62,011 bases of DNA, filler included, from Sphacelaria rigidula (GCA_964200075.2; 8 parts of 8 records of this genome joined end to end with filler, not necessarily neighbours in it); one strand, 5' to 3'. Counted from the whole stretch's first letter, positions 8,862 to 21,745 are shown. The notes: generated by a model not told the origin, from the letters alone. Numbers and translations: made by a program.

Positions 8862-11800
8862 TCACATCTCTGTCCGCGTCTTGGGCGGCCCAACCTGTAT
8901 ATATTAGTCGATCATAGGGGAATGCAACTATATATTTCCGGCGTAATATATATTGGTACCTTGGGATTGCACACGTATTGGCCGCTCAATATAACAGCGT
9001 CTTCGTGAGATTGAGAGTACAGCGCTGATTGAGAGTGGTTTTGATCATTCGCTTTAACGTAGCCAGTTCTCCATTTCGTGTGTGCTTTTCTTTGTCTCCA
9101 TCACTGGCGTGTGCTTGCAGCTACACGTCGATTACCTACTCCGGGATATCAAGAGCCTCAGTGGCAAGCTACTGTAGAAAGCATATCGAACATCGTGGAG
9201 GTTCATTCCGGAACTGAAACGAGTGATTCACTAAGTGACCGCTTCTCGCTCTCAATCGTATCCTCTACTGTCAATCTCACGAAAACATGGATGGTGGGAC
9301 CACAAGCGTATTGTCCAGTCAATACATTTTGGTACCATCGGATTGCACACATATTGTCCCATCGATATATAATGGGGCCGTGTAGGCGACGACATATTGT
9401 ACGACCAATATATGTTGGGGTCGCATAGGTGACAATATATTGGGCGGTCAGTATATATTATTGGGGCCGTATGGGTTACACAATATTGCCCGCCTGACAT
9501 GTTCCACCAAACTATATTATTCAAGTTTTGTACTCTGCCGCATCCTGGAAGACATCCCGTTCAGCGGATCCCTCATTCAATGTAACTCAAGGAGTTAATA
9601 TTTTGTTGGCTTGCACGGTGTTATACGAGCGTCATTTCGAATCATTCCGAGAAATAAAAATAGAGGTGAGAGTCGTTGAGGCGTCCCCTCGAGATATCCG
9701 TGGTGCGTAGTTTGGAGAAACAATATGCCGGCAGAAAATGTTCGATTCAGAGTTTGAAAAGAATCGAGCTTTTGTGCAGAAGCGGGAGAGAATTTCCAGA
9801 TCTGGATTTCGGTTGAAGGAACTTGAAGTCATCTCGGAACAGATGTGCTGTGACCGTGTGCGTGAGTCAGTTGAGAGCCTCAGTGTGTGTAGGAAGCAGC
9901 CGAGATTCAAGAGCAAGTGTAAACACGACGAGGCGACAGTAGTGGGGTGTGGAGTACGCTCGAGATGTGTGAGTTACGGAATACGGGCGTCGCGACTGTC
10001 AGCGAGTTACAACATCTCGAATCGCTGCCGAAGCTCGTGCGTCCCGAGTGTTTTCTGAAGGTTTTCATTTGCAGTTACATCTCAAGGCTCTGACCGACAT
10101 ACCGTCGTGAGGAGCTTCGGCGGGGGCGGGCGGCAATGGTAAACAGAAGGCCGCGGCGCCCGCTTCCGCGCTTGCATCCCAGATAAGGTCGTCCTCCACT
10201 AGGTCTGCGGCACACAGCGCCCCCCCTACCCCCCCCTCACGCCGGGGGGGGAGGGGCGGGAGTGCATAATGTGACAAAATTGAAAAGCAACCACAAAACA
10301 CGCGGGTTGATATGCGCCTTTTGGTACGCCTCTGGTCCCCTGTGCTCTGTTGCTTATACCCTGGACAACACAGTATGTCCCAATGCGATACCAATGCTTT
10401 ATATTGGAAAGAGCGCAAGTATTTGACCTCACAAAATATATGGTGCTGAGATTTCCTCGGGGATATTGAAGCAACACTAAATATTTCTCGTGTCATATCG
10501 TGGAAGTGATGCAGGCCAATATGTTTCCGACATCCCTTTGCCCCGGGAACAAAACATTCAATAAATATGGTTCATGCCGGCCGTTTATGTATTAAAATAT
10601 CAATATACATTGAGTCGAAGCGATACATAACATATTCTTGCGATTATATATATTGTACAAAAACTATGCAAACGCCGCATTGCTTTTCCAATATACATTG
10701 CGCATGCTCATCGCCTAGCTTTTGTGCAGCCAATATATTTTGGACACATTTACGAAGGAATATATTGAACATTTTCGGAATGTGGTGATACATTTTTCAA
10801 TGGCACCCGCGAACACAAAAGTGCCCAGTATACTAATTCCTATATATTTTCAACATAAAAATTAACCAGCAGTATATATTGCCCACCACATACATAGGAC
10901 GCGTTGGCCCACGACATATTGGGGCCGCAATGTATATTGCCGCTTCGGGTGTTGAATCTATTGAATCATCAATATATATATATATATATTGACCTGGTGT
11001 GGCAGCTAATATATTACTCGAGAACTACATATCGATGCCTTACCGCGCCAACACATTACTGGGCCAAGATATGTTGAGGTGGCACGTGTCGTCATATATG
11101 GTAAATTGCACATCGCGAGCCTCGACATACTGATGAAACAATACATATAGTGACCTGTCTCCCGTGCCATTATATTGCTCGGCCAATATATATTGAACAC
11201 GCGATGCGTCGACTCATTGGGCGGGGAATATATATTACATTTTGTTTTGTCCGGGGTGTGAACCATTCACAGCAACTGTCACCTGTTACTCAGAGATGAG
11301 CCCCGTTGCATGTATAGTGCTGGAATCGACTTTCCATTTTAGGCGGGGGAACGGTGCGAAACCCGCATGCACGTAAAAATAGCACAAGGTATGGATCGAG
11401 AAGCGGATTGATCAAGCTGCGCCGAAAGCACATATGGAGATAGCGACGACGACTTCTGCCCGACAATCAATTCCGGCCGTGTGATACCAGATTATGGAAG
11501 AACTCCGGACATATGATGCGACGGCAGCGTTACAGCGGATCCCGTAAATCGATCGTAAACTGCAAAATGGAGCACACAGGGGTCACGTGTTCCACGAGGT
11601 TTTGTAGGAATACTGCAGCAAAATCTTGGAATATGTTCATCGTAAATGGAACTTTCCACCACCATACGTTGAAAAGGTTTTTCTGGCGTGAAGAGAAGAA
11701 TAAGCACAAAACAGAAGAGGGGACGCTGGGAATCCATCCCAAAGATGATCCCACACATGGCCGCTTGTAGTTCCGAAGTCTACTCTCGGGGCCTAACCGC

Positions 11801-11889
11801 ATGTGTACATCACCTCTGAGAGAGGCTCCATTGCATTCAGAGCATCAAGACACGCATTTGTCGAATGGGCAAAGGGGTTCGTCCCTCAC

Positions 11890-13077
11890 CTGACTTGACC
11901 CGTTCCCTACGCGCGGCCGCTCCACCTTGCTGCCAATTCCCATCCGCGGCACCGTACTACCGAACGCCACAGCAGGCTTGGCCTTGGAGTCACGCCGTGG
12001 CCCGACTCCGCATTGCCTCTCGCCGTGAATCGTCGAGTTGCTTGCTTGACCTTGCAACGGGCGAGCACCACTGCTCCTCCTACCGATTCCATTCTCCCGA
12101 GCACTCGGGGCTCCCAACCCGGTAGGTCGCTGCGATTCCATCGAATTGCGACGGGGTTTTGCACTCACGCCCACATGCTGCCGCCGGTGATCAAACTGTT
12201 GGGCTAGACGGTCTCGTTCTTCTTTCTCCTCGAGCTTGCGTCTCAGCTGTTTTTGTTCAAGCAGCAACTCGCGGCAGAGATTGCTGAGCTCGTCGAAATC
12301 AGAGCGTGGTACAAAACCAGCCTCATCCCCACCCATCCGCAGCTCCCCCTCCCGTCGCCCTCCTCCTCCTTCTCCTCCCGCTCTCGTCATCCTTCCCGGC
12401 CCATCTCGATGAAACGCCAAGTCACGTGATGTGCCGTCTTCTTGCCGCTCGACGGCAGGCCTACGTTCCCCCGAGCCGCGCTGATCGCTGCTCCCGAGAA
12501 GCCCTCCCTCTGGATAAGCACCGGATCTAGTATCGCACCCATCGCCACCATCATCGCCGCGTGTCGGCATGTTAGCCTGAAATTCTCCCTCAGGGTACGG
12601 TGGTCTCCGTTCCCGTGCACGGTAATCTCCCTGTGGGGGCGGCGCATCGTTGGCTTCGTCAGGGTACGCAGTCCTCGAGTGCTGCGGGTACTGCTGCGAG
12701 TGACCCGACATCTCTCGATGTAAACCTCCGTGATCACGGCGACCTCGCGCGTCCGTAGGTCCCCCCTGTTTTCGACCGGGCCACCCCATACCCGCATCTG
12801 TATCTCCACGTCGCGGCGGCAGATCTCTTCGATCGTACACGTCTGGCTCAGGGGCATCGTAGGCCGGAGCGATTTTGCATGCCACACTGTTCTTACGTAG
12901 GTGCTGCTGGTACGAGGAAACGGGAGGCAGCCGCCCGGGCGAAGGGAGGGGGTGGTCAGGGGACTCTTGAAATTGGGCGTGTTGCTGTCTCCTGGGCGCG
13001 GCGTTTCCTTGCTGCAGGCGTTGTATTTCCTCCAGCTCTTTTCGCTTCTCGGCTTCTAACTTGGCCTTCTCGGCATC
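11890..13077 (-). CDS. Internal coding exon (396 codons, phase 0-0) of an unknown coiled-coil, low-complexity protein
   Basis: Open frame from acceptor ...GAGAACAG|GATGCC to donor CAG|GTGAGG. Coiled-coil-like segments DAEKAKLEAEKRKELEEIQRLQQ and DFDELSNLCRELLLEQKQLRRKLEEKEERDR. Confidence 0.8.
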
Positions 13078-13150
13078 CTGTTCTCGACAACGAGGCGAAA
13101 AGCCACGACAAGGAAAATGAAACGACAGTATGAGCGATATCGGGGTTCAA

Positions 13151-13477
13151 GCGCCGCGCCCTTGTGGTCTAGCGGTATAACTCATGTCAAAAGGGTGGAA
13201 ACAACGCGGGTCGATTCTCGCCCAATGCGTTCGGGTTTTTCCCTTAGGAGTGTCTATTTTCCACCGTTGAAAGCATGAGTACGTGAGTAGTTGACTGAGT
13301 GTGTTCCACGAGAGTAGACGCGGTGCCGGGGTGTTGATCCAATCCGCGAGACCGAAATAAATGCAAGGCGTGTACGGGGGGGGGGGGGGGGGGGGGGGGG
13401 GTTAAGCCCCACACCCCCCCCGGCCCCGGGGGGGGGGGGGGGGGGAGGTGTGACANNNNNNNNNNGCGAAAGGCTGA

Positions 13478-13513
<36 letters not shown>

Positions 13514-13578
13514 CTTGGTTGATACCTCGACACCACCTCCTCCCGAGGAGGGGTGAGGTTGAAAGTGTCATGAAAAAA
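13151..13578 (+). mobile_element. SINE family B, near full-length, spanning a 10-N gap and poly-G
   Basis: A-box-like TGGTCTAGCGG, B-box-like GGGTCGATTC, conserved core ATCCAATCCGCGAGACC..AATGCAAGGCGTGTA, A-rich end. Confidence 0.7.
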
Positions 13579-14664
13579 CGCGATATTGGGAAGAAGAAAC
13601 GACAGCTTGACGCTGACCGTAGTGATGATGAAGCGCGGACAAGTACGGCGCAACTCGTGATGCCGGTGCAAACACGAACAGTGCAGAAGCAGAAACGGCT
13701 CAGTGATGTCCTGCCGGAACATCATTGCACGTAGTTCAAGGCAGCCTATCGGACTGAAGCGATTCGCAAAACGCAATGTTTTGATGCTTCATGGCAGGAG
13801 AACTGGACCGAATGCGGGCCAACTAGAAACGTTCAGCCTGTCCCATTGTTAACGAACACAACGTATCCGCGCCCGAGAAACCTGGTCCTTACGTCACACT
13901 CGGCCGACCCGATCAACTCCCCTGGACATTCAATCTTGAGGGAATTCCGTCGTGATGGTGTTCGACCGGTACCTCGCTGCAAACGGTGCGGTACGTGACA
14001 CTACTACCGTTTGAAACACCAAAGCCAGCCCTGGATCGTACAGGACTGAAAGTCGCCAAAGGCAACGCCTCTCCGACATCAATGGCCATAGTGCCACAGG
14101 ACACTAAACTTACGTGCCATCTAACCACTCGCACCACAGTACAAGTACTAAAATATCGCACTGGTGTAAATTACAGTACAATGCATATAGTAACAGTATT
14201 AACCCTTTTGGAACCCTCCCCTCCCGTCCCCGGGCCAGACGCCTCATTATTTCAAGTTGTGACGAAGAAAAAAATATGGAAACAGAAAAGACCGACGGCA
14301 ACCATTTCTACTGTAGAACAGCAAAGAAGACTCCTGAAACATACGTCATGGATGTACCTAAAATGAAACCCCGGAGCGGTCGGGTTGGGTTTGTCCAATG
14401 ATATCACACGACGGGCGAAGTGTGTGCAATTGTATATATCGACAAAACTCTCGCAAAACAGTACAAACTCCCGTATATGTGATTTTTGTCAGTAGGAATT
14501 TGTGAAGTATCTCAATTCGAGTTCGGTGCGCGAATATGTCACATCAATATACTTGAACTTAGAATAACGCACTAGTATACTTGGAATTAGAGTGGTGTGC
14601 CGTTTTTGTGGGCTACATCAAGAGTTAGCGAGCGTAGGAAGCCACATTATACGGCGACAATGAT

Positions 14665-15075
14665 ATGGCGGAGAAGGTGGAAATCCCGTCGCCACATGTG
14701 GAAGCGCTAAAGAGCGACCCATACGCAATTCACGTTCAGCTGGAAGAGGTGGCTGAGAAGCACGGCCACGACGCTGCCAGGCGTTTCGCTGAAAAAGCTG
14801 CAAGAGCGGTTGGGGCAGCCCATTGCCTCCCGGCACACACCGCCCCCCCCGCTTGCTTACCGACCGTCAGCACACCAACCGCAGCAAGAGAAAACGCTGC
14901 GAGGCACAAAGGATTATATGCAAGACATCAGGCGGACGTGATTGCCAGCGTCCAGACAGGCGACATACTGGCAAACGGTAGACAACCGACCGGGACAGCC
15001 TTTCGCAACCAGCCTAACCCAACTACAACTACAGTCAATAAAACAGCTTCACTACAGTCCAGTATGACTAAATAA
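14665..15075 (+). CDS. Possible 136-aa ORF of unknown origin (host exon or TE remnant)
   Basis: True ATG start and a protein-like helical N-terminus (MAEKVEIPSPHVEALKSDPYAIHVQLEEVAEKHG). No recognisable motif. Confidence 0.3.
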   Translation: MAEKVEIPSPHVEALKSDPYAIHVQLEEVAEKHGHDAARRFAEKAARAVGAAHCLPAHTAPPACLPTVSTPTAARENAARHKGLYARHQADVIASVQTGDILANGRQPTGTAFRNQPNPTTTTVNKTASLQSSMTK

Positions 15076-15399
15076 CGATGTTACGGTGTTCCATGCAAGA
15101 AGACAGAAGCTTTGAAATATCTTTGCATGAAATCCCAACGCCGGCCACGAGGACAGACGGTCCGAACGCGATAGCGCAAGCTGGAGTAGTACACCTCACG
15201 CAGCACAAAGTGGGGCTGTGCGTCGTGCAGGCATGATCAACCCGCATTCTAGAGGTGGTGTCGTGGAAACGTACGGCACAAAGCGCAGGATGAGATATGC
15301 TGTAAGATCACAGCCTACGAAGTGACAGCCTGTATCGGATATGCCAAAGTAATGGTCCCCGCCATACAGCGCCTAATGTTCGGGTTCAGGCTGCATGAA

Positions 15400-15422
15400 G
15401 CGCCTCATATTGGCGACACTGG
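15400..15422 (+). mobile_element. LTR 3' edge plus PBS of a Gypsy-like element running off the scaffold end
   Basis: ...GCCTCA-TAT-TGGCGACACTGG, the same junction as 3923-3938. The scaffold ends 8 nt later. Confidence 0.5.
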
Positions 15423-15430
15423 CTAGAACG

Positions 15431-15530
15431 NNNNNNNNNNNNNNNNNNNNNNNNNNNNNNNNNNNNNNNNNNNNTTAATTAATTAANNNNNNNNNNNNNN
15501 NNNNNNNNNNNNNNNNNNNNNNNNNNNNNN
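15431..15530. other. Artificial scaffold spacer
   Basis: 44 N + TTAATTAATTAA + 44 N. Confidence 0.98.
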
Positions 15531-16513
15531 CCGATAGTCCGGCTCGGGAAGACGCGGGGTTTTCGCGGGACCGGATTCCAGCGCGGGGCGCGCGGGTGGG
15601 AAGGGGGGGGGGGTTCGAAACACATGCCGGCAACGCCTACCCGAAATGGCCATAGCGCCATAGTCACAAGTATACCACGCGTCATGATTATCCTTGTTTG
15701 AGCCACGATCAGCAGCACTTCGCGTCTTGGAATTATGGTGAGAATTTCAACAGTGCAGTCAGTAGCCATGATCGCACCAAAAGTTTTACATGTGTGCGGT
15801 CAACATGTACAGTTGTTACATTGGATAATAACTGAACGGCGTGGCGAGTTTGGCTGGGGCGTCGGTGTACAGCACATGTATACACGGGTGTGCTTTTGAT
15901 TCGTGGATACGAAAGCTCGCTTATTTATCCGGAATAATGATATTTGGCCATGAAATAGCCCAGCATTCGTCGGTTGATGCCAGGAACTTGCTAAAACTGG
16001 AATGATGTTGACGGCGTGTGAGTGTTCAGGTGCATTCGACATGTATACCCGCTGCTGGTGAGCTACATCTGTCCATGCCTTCCAATGCAGCAATGATCAG
16101 TGATCAAGGGTGTCTGCAACGGAAACTGAGGATGGCTTCTTTTGTTTTCGTTTTCAAAGTTTATCCCCACTGGTGCTGTGGATGTGCCAACCCCCGCGTA
16201 GTGAGATCTCGGGTTCCAATGGCTCATCAGGCGGGCGTCGTAAGCAGCATGTCTTCTACGGCAGGTTCCTGACGCGGGTGATAACGAAGATCGAGCTTAA
16301 TCGACGACAGCAACGTGCCAGAAATGAAGTTCCGCCGCGCACACACGACGCATTTTCACAGTGACACACCGTCGTCACATACACGTGTTGTAGCTTGGGA
16401 TGCGTTGGACCGTTTGACGAAGAAACTGACATCTCTCGGCAGAAGATGAGGACTAGTTGCCCTGACGAGGGGCACATATGTGGTGTGTGAGAGAAGGTGG
16501 CGCGTCGGATGTT

Positions 16514-16514
16514 A

Positions 16515-16563
<49 letters not shown>
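16514..16563. repeat. (ATT)n microsatellite
   Basis: About 16 ATT units read directly. Confidence 0.95.
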
Positions 16564-16565
<2 letters not shown>

Positions 16566-17134
16566 CCGTCACATTAGCTCGATGTCTCGAACCCGTAGTC
16601 ACAGAGTGCAAGATGCATACCATCCATACCCATAAACCAAACAGCCCGCAGAAGAAGGCAAGAAACAAAACATCTACACGAAACAAATTATGAGTCATCA
16701 AATTTTGTTTGTGTGCTCCGAGTTTGCAGTCGACATATATTAAATCTTGCGAGAAAGGAAGCGATGGGATTGAAACACGCACGGATAGGCCATACATGTC
16801 AAACATAGACACCTCTCACCCGCCTTCACCATCACAATAATAAATCAGGCCACTACACCGCCAGCCACCACGTTTTGGTTTGCGCTGTGCCGTAGATCTA
16901 ATGTGGCACTCTGGTCTACTCTTTCTTGTGCATATACTGTGTGTGTCAAGAGACTGCATCATCACTTGCGGCGGGTTAGGTAGATACGCGGAGTTCAGCT
17001 TTCCAGCCCTGAGTGATATGCATTTCGTTCGTGCATGAAAAAGTTTTCTGATCTTGGGAACAAGAGGTGGCGTACTCGTCGGAAGTAGTGACGACAATCG
17101 GCGTTGCTATGCATGTACCATTCTTGGCCGCTTT

Positions 17135-17345
17135 GTTTTTTTTCCAGCCACAATTTCAACCCTTCCTCTTCACCGGGAAGAAAACCGTGGTCTGAAGAGA
17201 TCAGTCAACCCATCTCTCCCCGGTATACCCCTTGCATTTGTCTCGCGGATTGGATCGTGACTTAACACTCCCAAACCGCGTCGACTGTCTTCAGACAAAC
17301 TCCATCAAACACACTCTTCGGTCGTTACTCTCGTCCTCACCCTTC
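17135..17345 (-). mobile_element. SINE family B, 3' part
   Basis: Reverse complement of the core: CCTTGCATTTGTCTCGCGGATTGGATC...AACACTCCC..ACCGCGTC, with a T-run at the left end. Confidence 0.7.
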
Positions 17346-17398
17346 TAACGAATGAAAGTCAGGTGCTTTGAAGAAGGAAAAACCCGAAAGCACCTGAT

Positions 17399-17626
17399 AA
17401 AATTCGAGTTAATGGTCGACGAGGGAAAGGGACTGCTGAACCCCTCTCGCGATAAAAAACAAAGGCAAGCAACGCAGAAGGAAGGTGGAGAACTAAAACA
17501 AACAAAGAAGAAAAACTCCTGTGTTGGCCTCCCTCCTGTGTGACCCCAGCTAGTGCGCCCACATATATACCGAAAGGTGTAGACCGGTGTCCAGAATAGG
17601 TGGGAGGGCAACACACACACACACAC
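17399..17626 (+). mobile_element. SINE family A, 5'-truncated
   Basis: GGTCGACGAGGGAAAGGGACTGCTGAACCCCTCTCGCGATAAAAA...TATACCGAAAGGTGTAGAC...(AC)n. Confidence 0.85.
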
Positions 17627-18495
17627 TCAGCAAGGATCGGACCGGCGTTCGTTCTACTCTAATGGTGCCAGAAATACTATTTTCATTTACACCACCGGGG
17701 CGCAGCGGCATCAGCACTAGCACGAGTCGATAGTCGATAGTCGATAGTCCATGGTAATTCGTACGTGATTCCCATCCGCGTTTCGAGCGGGATGTGCTCG
17801 AACGCACATTTTACCCAACCACCGCACGCGTTTTACGAGGGAAACGTAGATGCCTGCCGCTTGCGATTCGTACAGCGCGATATGTTCGCATATTTTCCAC
17901 GCTCGTTGAAAGTGTCGGAGCGAGTCGCGCAATACTTCATCTGTCATCTGTCATGTGTGTAAATCGTTTCATAGTGCGGCGCTCGGTATCTCTCTTGAGG
18001 GTTGCGTACTTGGTCAGCGGGCTGCTGGGTTGTGTACACGCAACAGAAAGTCACAATTGGTGGCACTTGACGCAAAACTCGACTGTCTTGAATGTGTTTG
18101 AATTGCCGCACAGTGCACTCCACCGAGTGACCTCCGTCTGTGTTGTGACGGAAGCTGGGTTCTTGGCGGGTCACATGACGTGTGGCAAATTATTCAATTG
18201 AACCAATTTATCAAGTCAAGTCAATACAGTTGTGGGTTTGCGACAGGCCGCATTGCAAGTGTACCCTTACCGTTCGTACTTTGGTTTGCCTCTCGTACAT
18301 TTTTGCCAAAACTTGAAACAGGGATAGCAGTCTTCACATTCCACATTCCCCAGCCCGACCTTTTTGCATCGGATTGTCTAGCTGACTCGATCAACCGGTC
18401 ATCTCTCACTTTCAAAACGTGTATCCACGTGATTTTTTTTTTCCCGTCCTTGTCCTGATTCCGGGTGCCAGGCACGCCGACCCTCTGTGGAAGTC

Positions 18496-18597
18496 ATGGA
18501 GCTGCGTGTGGGTGACAAGTTCACTCTAGGTAAAAAAATCGGCAGCGGAGCCTTCGGCGACATCTATCTGGGCACAGATACGACCACTGGCCAGGAG
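18496..18597 (+). CDS. CK1: Casein kinase 1, coding exon 1 ([34 protein letters not shown])
   Basis: Classic CK1 N-terminus and Gly-loop [10 protein letters not shown]. Donor GAG|GTACGG, phase 0. A pyrimidine tract and CAG near 18470 suggest a 5'UTR intron. Confidence 0.95.
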
Positions 18598-19060
18598 GTA
18601 CGGCCGGCACCTAGTTGCAACAGTATTGACTTGCTCCTGTCGATGCCGTTTTTGTTGCGTAACGACGTAGCAATGTTTTCGTGTGGACGGTTCATTTTTC
18701 GTGAGTCGTATCGTAGGCGCTCTTTTGGCACCAGAGAGCGACGTGATGTTTTGTCTAGGCATTCCAGCGCTTTTGCTTGCGTTTAGCTTCGGTGCGTGTA
18801 CTCCATCATTATTCCGGTGGGATCAACTCTCACTCTCACGCTTTGTTCCGGTTCGCCTCGGGACGTGGAAGTCCTAAAAAACCTTGGCACGACCGATCAG
18901 CATCTCAAACTACGGAGCGTCAGCGTTGCGAGCACGTCTCTCCCAGAGCAAGCGCATACGTCCCCGACCGGTATAGGGGAGCTCATTTTTCAACTATTTT
19001 ATTTCGTTCCCACATCATCTTCCCCTGTAGTTATTTCCTCGAGTCTCCCTCTGCCCACAG

Positions 19061-19148
19061 GTGGCTGTGAAACTGGAGTCTTCGAAGTCTGACCCGCCTC
19101 AACTGCTGCACGAAGCTGAAGTTTACAAAACGGCGCTGCGGGATGCAC
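19061..19148 (+). CDS. CK1: Casein kinase 1, coding exon 2 (VAVKLESSKSDPPQLLHEAEVYKTALRDA)
   Basis: Acceptor CCCACAG|GTG, catalytic Lys motif VAVKLE, donor C|GTGAGT, phase 1. Confidence 0.93.
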
Positions 19149-19309
19149 GTGAGTGTGAACGAACGCCTGCTTGGGTTGCTTGAACTGGGCGTGCTTCCCA
19201 CTTTTCAAGGCCCGGCATACTCTCTCTAAAAACATTCACCTTACTGACTAAGAGGCCGTGGGGTGGATTTGTACAAAATATGGGTCTCCGATTACCTCTT
19301 CGAAATTTA

Positions 19310-19619
19310 CGGTTTGTAGGCGGTGTAATGGTCCGACCGTCGCCACCAAGGCGGAGAAAACGGGGTTTGGTTCCCGATGCGTTGGGTTTTTCTCTCCGTA
19401 GGATCTGATTGCCACCGTGGAACGTGTGAGAATGTAAGCAAACAACGTAGCCGACTGAGTTTGTTTGGCGTGAGTTGACGCGGTGCGGGAGTGTTAGTCA
19501 TGATCCAATCCGCGAGACCAAAATGCAAGGCGTGTACCGGGGAAGAGATTGATTGGATCGCTTGGGACCACGGGGTCGCCCCGAGGAAGGGGAGGGGTGC
19601 AAAGTGCGACAAAAAAAAA
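19310..19619 (+). mobile_element. SINE family B, near full-length, in CK1 intron 2
   Basis: Degenerate tRNA-like head, core ATCCAATCCGCGAGACCAAAATGCAAGGCGTGTA, end GGGGAGGGGTGCAAAGTGCGAC-A9. Confidence 0.8.
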
Positions 19620-20107
19620 GGTGGACATCGACTCTCATATAGCCGACCTTGCAAGTGGTCTCCGCGTTGCGCCAGAGGCGACCGCTGGGAGTGCTGGAGC
19701 TGTTTCGAGCAGGGGCCAGTTCGTCCGGAGCGTAGGGGTATACTCTTGGAGGGAATGTCCCATAAATGATGGTGTACTCATGTTGCGGCATCTGACATTG
19801 TGTTGCTTCGGTGTCTGTGTCGTGATTTGGTCCCAGTGCCGAATAATACGTGGATAACACCTGGTGGGTACATACGAAGCTGACGGTTGCCATCAAGTAC
19901 TGCGACTCTGCCGTACACTGTTTACATTTCTCGAGTGTTGTCGTACCCTGACTCGATGTTTATTGCGCGTCATCTGTGGAGACTCGCGTTTTTGTATCTG
20001 TTGTTGATGTTGATGTTGATGTTACTGTTGTTGTGTGTTGTTGTGTGTTGCTGTTGTGGTTATGGTTCATATCTTGTAACACATGTGCGGGTCTTATCCA
20101 CTGGCAG

Positions 20108-20253
20108 CTGGTTTTCCAAGGGCGATATGGTCGGGAGCGGAGGGCGACTACAACGTGCTAGTGATGGACTTGCTGGGGCCATCGCTGGAAGAGCTGTTCA
20201 ACTGCTGCAAGCGTAAATTCAGCCTTAAAACTGTGCTCATGATCGCCGACCAG
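20108..20253 (+). CDS. CK1: Casein kinase 1, coding exon 3 ([49 protein letters not shown])
   Basis: CK1 signature [10 protein letters not shown]...FSLKTVL. Acceptor GGCAG|CT completes the phase-1 codon; donor CAG|GTGAAC. I could not find the later exons (HRD, DFG) in this scaffold. Confidence 0.95.
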
Positions 20254-21684
20254 GTGAACCCCTTGGCTGGCCTCTTCATGTAGCACAGTACGTACCGTAC
20301 ATATTTGCATTCGTGATGACTCAGTTTTTTTCTTTTTTTCCCGGGGGTAACGAGCAACACTTACATCCCACACATGCGTTTAATGGACATGACTGAGTAT
20401 GACCTATGAGTTGCTTTTAGTGCAGTAATCTTGTTCGCGTTTGTCACAAAAAATATCGCCTACAAAGAATGAGGTAGGTACGAAGGAGATACAGGCACCT
20501 ACCCCCAAGGTGTGATGAAGGTCTGCACACGGCTATATTTACATCCATCCGCCTTGCTGTGAAAGGCGCACGCCGTCGAAATGCCCCCCCAAACTATGCT
20601 TCTGGCACGTCTTCCGTTGTGAGGAGCACGTTTTTGACGTCAATCAAAATTTATGTGAAGGCCTGCTTCACGAGGCAGCACACTCAGTGCAAGACGGCGT
20701 TTCATCTGCCCGACAACATTTTGTCTGGAAAAGAGTGGGCTGTTGGCACTTTCGAGCGAGCATGGGCGCCCTACTTTCAACCAGAAGTATGCAAGGTTGT
20801 GTCCTGTAGGATATACCGGCTAAATATTGGGTAATCACAGAAGTGTGAAACGGTCTTTTGTCGGCAAGTGTTGTTCCGAACCGTAACGAAGTGTGAGTAA
20901 CAGGGGTTGATACCCCGCCGGAGCATACCGGAATATTCGGCGCACATTCAGGTATGGCTTGGTGTGCCAACCAAAAACAACAAAACACTCCTGGGTATAC
21001 CCTATCTTTGTAGAATGCAACCATGGAAATGTAGATGAACTGAGCAGCATCCAGTGTCCGAAAGGTCCCGCAAAAAAGTGTTTTATCGCCAATACCCCCG
21101 TGACCATAGCAGCCGGGATGTTTACCATTGTGTTTGTCGTTTTGCCAGTGTTAGCAGCGCATTCTTCAGTGCGCTGAAACTTTGGCACGTTACGATCTAT
21201 ATGAGTATAAAGTGCTTCGTCTATTGCTCACGATACGTTATTCTGCTTCTCGTATTGGAAAGTGCACGTCGGAGTATCTAAGGCCCACAAGCGCATGCAT
21301 GCGGACATGCCCGTTGTGTACCGCCACCTTTGGCTTGGGTCGACTTACACACACCATTGCTTGCCGACGGCATGGTTCTGTTGGTCGATGGCAGGGTACT
21401 AGGCGTAAGCTCAGCGGGTGCGTTGTCAGCTATGCTCTAACCGGACTGGGAGTACTTCAGCACACGAGCACAGAAAGCGTCAGAGTGTGATGCTTGTGTA
21501 AGCTGCCGGGCTGTGTTCCTGTGTGTCTAGTGTGCAAATATGACATAGCCAGTGACGAGGAGGGACAAAACATTTCGTACTTTCGCCGATCGCTAAGCGT
21601 GCGTGCGTATTTCGTATCATGTGTGTGTGCGTTTCCTGCTGATTCATCTGAATTTTGCTGCCAGTGGGGGGGCACCCTTCTTAT

Positions 21685-21745
21685 TTGTCACTTGCCTTAG
21701 TCGTTTGATCATTGACCACGCATCGCTTTCGAGACGGAGCAGGGG
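21685..21745 (-). mobile_element. Short 3'-end remnant related to the scaffold-8 LINE
   Basis: CTTGCCTTAGTC.TTTGA.CATTGACCACGCATC matches 54364-54400 and 23329-23365. Confidence 0.6.

Noticed and set aside
9530..10225. Coding remnant or small exon (LVEDDLIWDASAEAG...)
   Set aside because: A CAG and a GTATGT border exist, but the upstream tract is G-rich, the phase does not match the 11890 exon, and no motif is recognisable.
13376..13513. G-quadruplex or poly-Pro/Gly coding region
   Set aside because: Poly-G runs flank a 10-N gap, and the left side looks like a degraded read of the SINE sequence on the right side. Likely a sequencing artefact.
20559..20834. CK1 exon 4 (FHLPDNILSG resembling KPDNFL)
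   Set aside because: No HRD motif, no following DFG and no matching splice context. The similarity is coincidental.
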